Assembly: GCA_035193785.1 (NCBI GenBank)
Contig: CP136572.1
Coordinates: forward strand, 2,676,578-2,740,577
Direction: 5' to 3'
Origin: Planktothrix sp. GU0601_MAG3
GTDB lineage: Bacteria > Cyanobacteriota > Cyanobacteriia > Cyanobacteriales > Microcoleaceae
Length of the DNA stretch: 64,000 nucleotides
This document shows positions 57,616 through 64,000 of the stretch, in pieces (the first letter of the stretch is position 1; every line of letters starts with the position of its first letter). The notes under the pieces are model-generated. The model worked only from the letters and a program-made list of their open reading frames with translations. It searched no databases and was not told the DNA's origin. The position numbers and the translations under genes were made by a program.

Positions 57616-58908
57616 GTGACCCAAACTTTAACCCCATCTGATACCATTCGTAATGTTCATCGCACAGTTCTGGATAACGGGATTGTGTTGCTAGTAACAG
57701 AAAATCCCGCCGCTGATATTGTTGCAACCCGTCTATTTTTAAGAACAGGAAGTCGCTGGGAACCCAAGGAAAAAGCCGGACTTTCCCATCTATTAGCGAC
57801 GGTATTAACCAAAGGCACAGACCAGCTTTCCTCCCTGGAAATTGCCGAACAAGTCGAATCAGTCGGGGCCAAATTAAGCGCAGACACGTCAACGGATTAT
57901 TTTTTACTAAGTTTAAAAACCGTTGCTTCCGATTTTGAAGATATTTTAAGTTTAACTGGTGAATTATTACGTTCCCCCTCCTTTCCCGAAGAAGAAATCG
58001 AACTAGAACGTCGCGTTACCATTCAGGGAATTAGGTCACAACGGGAACAACCCTTTTCCGTCGCCTTTGAACAACTGCGACAACAGATGTATCAACATCA
58101 CCCCTACGCCCTATCTACCCTGGGAACCGAAGCCAGCGTTTCCCAACTCAGCCGCGCCGACCTGCAAGAATTCCATCAAACCTATTTCCGTCCCGATAAT
58201 TTAATTATCTCCATCGCCGGACGCATTACTCCAGAAGCGGCGACCGAACAAATTCAACGGGTATTTGGTGACTGGAAAGCACCTGCAACCCCCTTACCGA
58301 CCCTATCCCTACCCGTCTTAACGTCAATACCCCAAAACGCCATTACCCCCCAGGAAACACAACAATCCGTTGTCATGTTGGGCTATTTAACCAGTTGTGT
58401 CAGCCATGGGGACTATTCGGCGTTAAAAGTCTTAAATACCTATCTGGGAAATGGGTTATCTAGTCGATTATTTGTAGAATTACGGGAAAAACGGGGTTTA
58501 GCCTACGATGTATCGGCTTTTTTCCCCACCCGTCTCGACCAGTCCCAATTTGTTGTCTATATGGGTACGGCGCCGGAAAATACTCAAATTGCCATTGATG
58601 GGTTACGCACTGAAGTGGAACGTTTGGTCAATATTCCCCTAACGGCGGATGAGTTACAAGTGGCTAAAAATAAACTTTTAGGTCAATATGCTTTAGGAAA
58701 ACAAACCAACTCCCAACTGGCGCAAATTTATGGCTGGTATGAATGTTTAGGGTTAGGAATTGAATTCGATACGGAATTTCAGAATAACATTATCGCGGTG
58801 ACTTCTGCCGATACCCTGCGAGTCGCCCAACACTATTTTATTGAACCCTATCTTTCCGTTGTTGGCCCGGAAGCCTTTGTGAGTTCCTTTTCTGTTTCCG
58901 AGTCCTAG
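57616..58908 (+). CDS. M16 (pitrilysin-family) peptidase-like subunit
   Basis: LDNGIVL, GLSHLLA, SRLFVELREKRGLAY; no intact HxxEH seen. Confidence 0.88.
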   Translation: MTQTLTPSDTIRNVHRTVLDNGIVLLVTENPAADIVATRLFLRTGSRWEPKEKAGLSHLLATVLTKGTDQLSSLEIAEQVESVGAKLSADTSTDYFLLSLKTVASDFEDILSLTGELLRSPSFPEEEIELERRVTIQGIRSQREQPFSVAFEQLRQQMYQHHPYALSTLGTEASVSQLSRADLQEFHQTYFRPDNLIISIAGRITPEAATEQIQRVFGDWKAPATPLPTLSLPVLTSIPQNAITPQETQQSVVMLGYLTSCVSHGDYSALKVLNTYLGNGLSSRLFVELREKRGLAYDVSAFFPTRLDQSQFVVYMGTAPENTQIAIDGLRTEVERLVNIPLTADELQVAKNKLLGQYALGKQTNSQLAQIYGWYECLGLGIEFDTEFQNNIIAVTSADTLRVAQHYFIEPYLSVVGPEAFVSSFSVSES

Positions 58909-58929
58909 AGGTTGGCTGAACATCAGACC

Positions 58930-59030
58930 AGGACTTACGCAGAAACCGGGTTTCTGAACGAGAAATCACCGATTTCATCGGCAAAATCAGGGCCAGAAAC
59001 CCGGTTTCTTTGGTCTTGTGCGTAAGTCCT
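58930..59030. mobile_element. ~101-bp MITE/REP-like element, copy 3 (inverted)
   Basis: Reverse complement of 110-210. Confidence 0.8.
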
Positions 59031-59065
59031 ATTCCCTATTGCCTATTGCCTATTCCTAGTGCGTA

Positions 59066-59539
59066 ATGTCTATATTAACTATATCCTCGGAACAAATTCA
59101 AGCCATTTCTACCCACGCTGAACAAACCTATCCCCAGGAATGTTGTGGGTTATTAATGGGTAAAATTAACGAAAATAATGATAGAATTACAGTAGAGATT
59201 ATTCCAACAGAAAACGCTTGGAATTCTGAAACTTCAAAAACCTTTGAGGAAGTAGAAACCACCGATATACCCGTTACCTCAGAACGTCGGTTTACGATTT
59301 CTCCTCAACAAATGATTCAAGCTCAAAAACAAGGACGCGATCGCAATTTAATCATCATCGGAATTTATCATTCCCATCCCGATCACCCAGCAATTCCTTC
59401 AGAATTTGATCGAGTTTGTGCTTGGTCTGATTATTCCTATCTAATTATTTCCGTCGAAAAAGGCAAAACCAGCGACCTGCAAAACTGGAGTTTAGATCAA
59501 GATCATCAATTTCAATCCCAACCCTTAGTCAGAGAGTAA
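59066..59539 (+). CDS. M67/JAB (Mov34) metalloprotease
   Basis: YPQECCG, YHSHPDHPAIPSEFD JAMM motif. Confidence 0.9.
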   Translation: MSILTISSEQIQAISTHAEQTYPQECCGLLMGKINENNDRITVEIIPTENAWNSETSKTFEEVETTDIPVTSERRFTISPQQMIQAQKQGRDRNLIIIGIYHSHPDHPAIPSEFDRVCAWSDYSYLIISVEKGKTSDLQNWSLDQDHQFQSQPLVRE

Positions 59540-59626
59540 GCAATCTTCCCGATTATCAACTATAATATATAGTTTTGATGACCCAAACCCCTAACTGGGA
59601 CGGTTATATTTTTTGTCAAAATTGCT

Positions 59627-60800
59627 ATGCTAAATCCGAATCTGGACGAAATCCAGTTAACGAAAGACGACTACGAACGGTACTCCCGCCACTTGATTTT
59701 ACCAGAAGTCGGTCTGGAAGGTCAGAAACGCCTGAAGGCGGCGAGTGTGCTTTGCATTGGAACCGGGGGACTAGGTTCGCCCTTGCTACTCTATTTGGCG
59801 GCGGCGGGGGTTGGACGCATCGGAATTGTTGATTTTGATGTGGTGGATACCTCCAACCTGCAACGCCAAATTATTCACGGGACAGCTTGGGTGGGGAAAC
59901 CCAAAATTGAATCGGCGAAAAACCGGATTTTGGAAATTAACCCCGCTTGTCAAGTTGACCTCTACAACACCCGCATCAGTTTCAGAAAACGCCCTCGACC
60001 TGCTGCGACCCTATGATGTGATTGTAGATGGAACCGACAATTTCCCGACCCGATATTTGGTGAATGACGCCTGCGTGTTGCTGAACAAACCCAACGTCTA
60101 CGGGTCAATTTTCCGGTTTGAAGGTCAGGCGACGGTCTTTAACTACCAAGACGGGCCAAACTATCGGGATTTATACCCCGAACCCCCACCCCCCGGAATG
60201 GTGCCCTCCTGTGCAGAAGGCGGGGTTTTAGGAATTCTACCCGGAATGATTGGCGTAATTCAAGCTACAGAAACCGTTAAAATTATTCTGGGTCAAGGAC
60301 GAACTTTAAGCGGACGTTTGTTATTATATAACGCTTTAGAAATGACGTTCCGGGAGTTGAAATTGCGTCCTAATCCTGTACGTCCGGTGATTGAAAAATT
60401 AATTGATTATGAACAGTTCTGCGGCATTCCGCAAGCAAAAGAACAGGAGGAAAAACAGAAAATGGATATTCCTGAAATGACGGTTCAGGAACTGGAAAAA
60501 TTACTCGGTAGTGGGGCTAATGATTTCCTATTAATTGATGTTCGTAATCCCCATGAGTATGAAATTGCTAAAATTCCAGGTTCGGTGTTAATTCCTTTAC
60601 CCGATATTGAACAGGGAAAAGGCATTGAACAGGTGAAAGAATTGTTAAATGGTCATCGTTTGATTGCCCATTGTAAATCGGGAATGCGTTCGGGAAAAGC
60701 TTTAGGTATTCTCAAAGAAGCTGGAATTTCAGGAACTAATCTTAAAGGCGGAATCCTGGCTTGGAGTCGAGAAATTGATGCCTCTATCCCAGAATATTAA
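59627..60800 (+). CDS. moeB: Molybdopterin-synthase adenylyltransferase with rhodanese domain; frameshift ~59979
   Basis: RYSRHL, GTGGLG, SNLQRQ, DGTDNF, SCAEGGVLG, rhodanese HCKSGMRS. Confidence 0.93.
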
Positions 60801-60927
60801 TTAAGGTTGTTTAGAACAAAATTAATCTAATTAAAAGACGAGAAATTCTGTATTTGATTTACAGACTCGTCTTTTTTTATAATATGAAATCCTGAAATTG
60901 ATGCCACATAATTCGCCTAAACCCCAT

Positions 60928-60955
60928 GTAGAGACGTGCCATGGCGCGTCTCCAC
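60928..60955. repeat. GTAG-type REP hairpin
   Basis: GTAGAGACGTGCCATGGCGCGTCTCCAC. Confidence 0.8.
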
Positions 60956-61026
60956 AGGATACAGATGGGCAGCAAATATTAAAGGATGGAATATAAAACA
61001 AATCTGGGATATTGAAGGGGAGGATA

Positions 61027-63186
<2,160 letters not shown>

Positions 63187-63267
63187 AAATAGATCAAAAG
63201 GAAGATTAATAAATTAATCCCCCTTTCTCAATTAGGAATTACCTTTTTTTCAATCAATTTTGAGTTT

Positions 63268-64000
63268 CTATAAATTTAAACCCGTTAATTCAAAGGATTT
63301 TTGTTCATTTGAATCACTCCCTTTATTCTGATCACTTCGGCTTCCACCATTAACCTCAGCCGGAAATTGATTAATTCCTTGCAGAATTCGGGATTCATTT
63401 TCCACTTGAAATACATTGGCGTAAAGATTAGCAACAATCTGTTTTCCTTCTTGGGTTAATTCTAAATATTTGAGTGCCGCCGGAATATAAGGAAACACTC
63501 CATTCCAGTAAAATTTAGCATAATTTCGGCGTAAATCCCCTGGAGTTTTATAACCTAAAACCTTGTTAGTTCCCACTTCTTCAAACTCATAAAATAGGGA
63601 ACTAATCTTTTTCAAATATCGGGGATCACTGAGTTGACCAATCAAATCAGCCGCCCTTGCTAGTCCCGAATAATTATGTCGATCCTGATGGGTTTCATCA
63701 GCAGGAAACCGGGAAACGAGTTAACTCAATATTCCGTTTAATTTGTTCAGCATCAATTAAATTATGCCCCCCAAATCGTTCATCAATTACTAACTTTCCG
63801 CGATCAACATGATAAGGAGTTAAACTAGCTGATGTAGCACCCACCGAAATTGGCACAATACCATCCCCAATTCCCGTCGCAAATAAGCCAACCGCTTCTT
63901 GATCTTGCCGACAAACACCCTTCACATAGCCAATATCATGACACAGTAAAGAAATGATAAAATGTAACCAGTCTTCGGTTGTAACCCCACCTTCGCGAAT
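63268..64000 (-). CDS. HD-domain metalloprotein (Npun_R2479-like), 5-prime end outside the window; frameshift ~63705
   Basis: LCHDIGY, LTPYHVDRGK, RAADLIGQLSDPRYL. Confidence 0.8.

Noticed and set aside
59066..60800. JAB + E1-like pair as a CBASS/Bil-type ubiquitin-like defence system
   Set aside because: MoeB-rhodanese with an M67 protease is a conserved sulfur-carrier module; no E2, cyclase or effector is nearby

Overview
64 kb of chromosome from a filamentous cyanobacterium. Abundant HIP1 (GCGATCGC), heptamer tandem repeats and the cpc gene order suggest a Planktothrix/Oscillatoriales-type organism (inference). Housekeeping content: smc, the phycocyanin operon (cpcBA, two rod linkers, cpcDEF), gcvP, malQ, typA, pfkA, glgX, moaB, psb28, mnmA, moeB and ligA. 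Accessory islets: (i) a Type IIG/ISP-like restriction-modification gene split into a nuclease-methylase ORF and a specificity ORF by a hicB-like gene; (ii) an ABC-ATPase + PIN pair, mrr and a duplicated alpha/beta-hydrolase; (iii) a 2.2-kb islet (prlF-yhaV, a vapBC relic, a trypsin-like protease) between HIP1-containing direct repeats; (iv) DUF433/DUF5615 next to a C5-methylase. Several REP/MITE-like families occur, including a 6-unit tandem hairpin array. The strongest signal is that about 33 reading-frame breaks, many in essential genes, almost all repair by deleting one base at GAAAC/GTTTC to give GAAC/GTTC. That is the canonical Dnd phosphorothioation motif, so these look like modification-induced sequencing errors rather than pseudogenes. 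No rRNA, tRNA or CRISPR array was recognised. CDS coordinates below span the frameshift-repaired genes.
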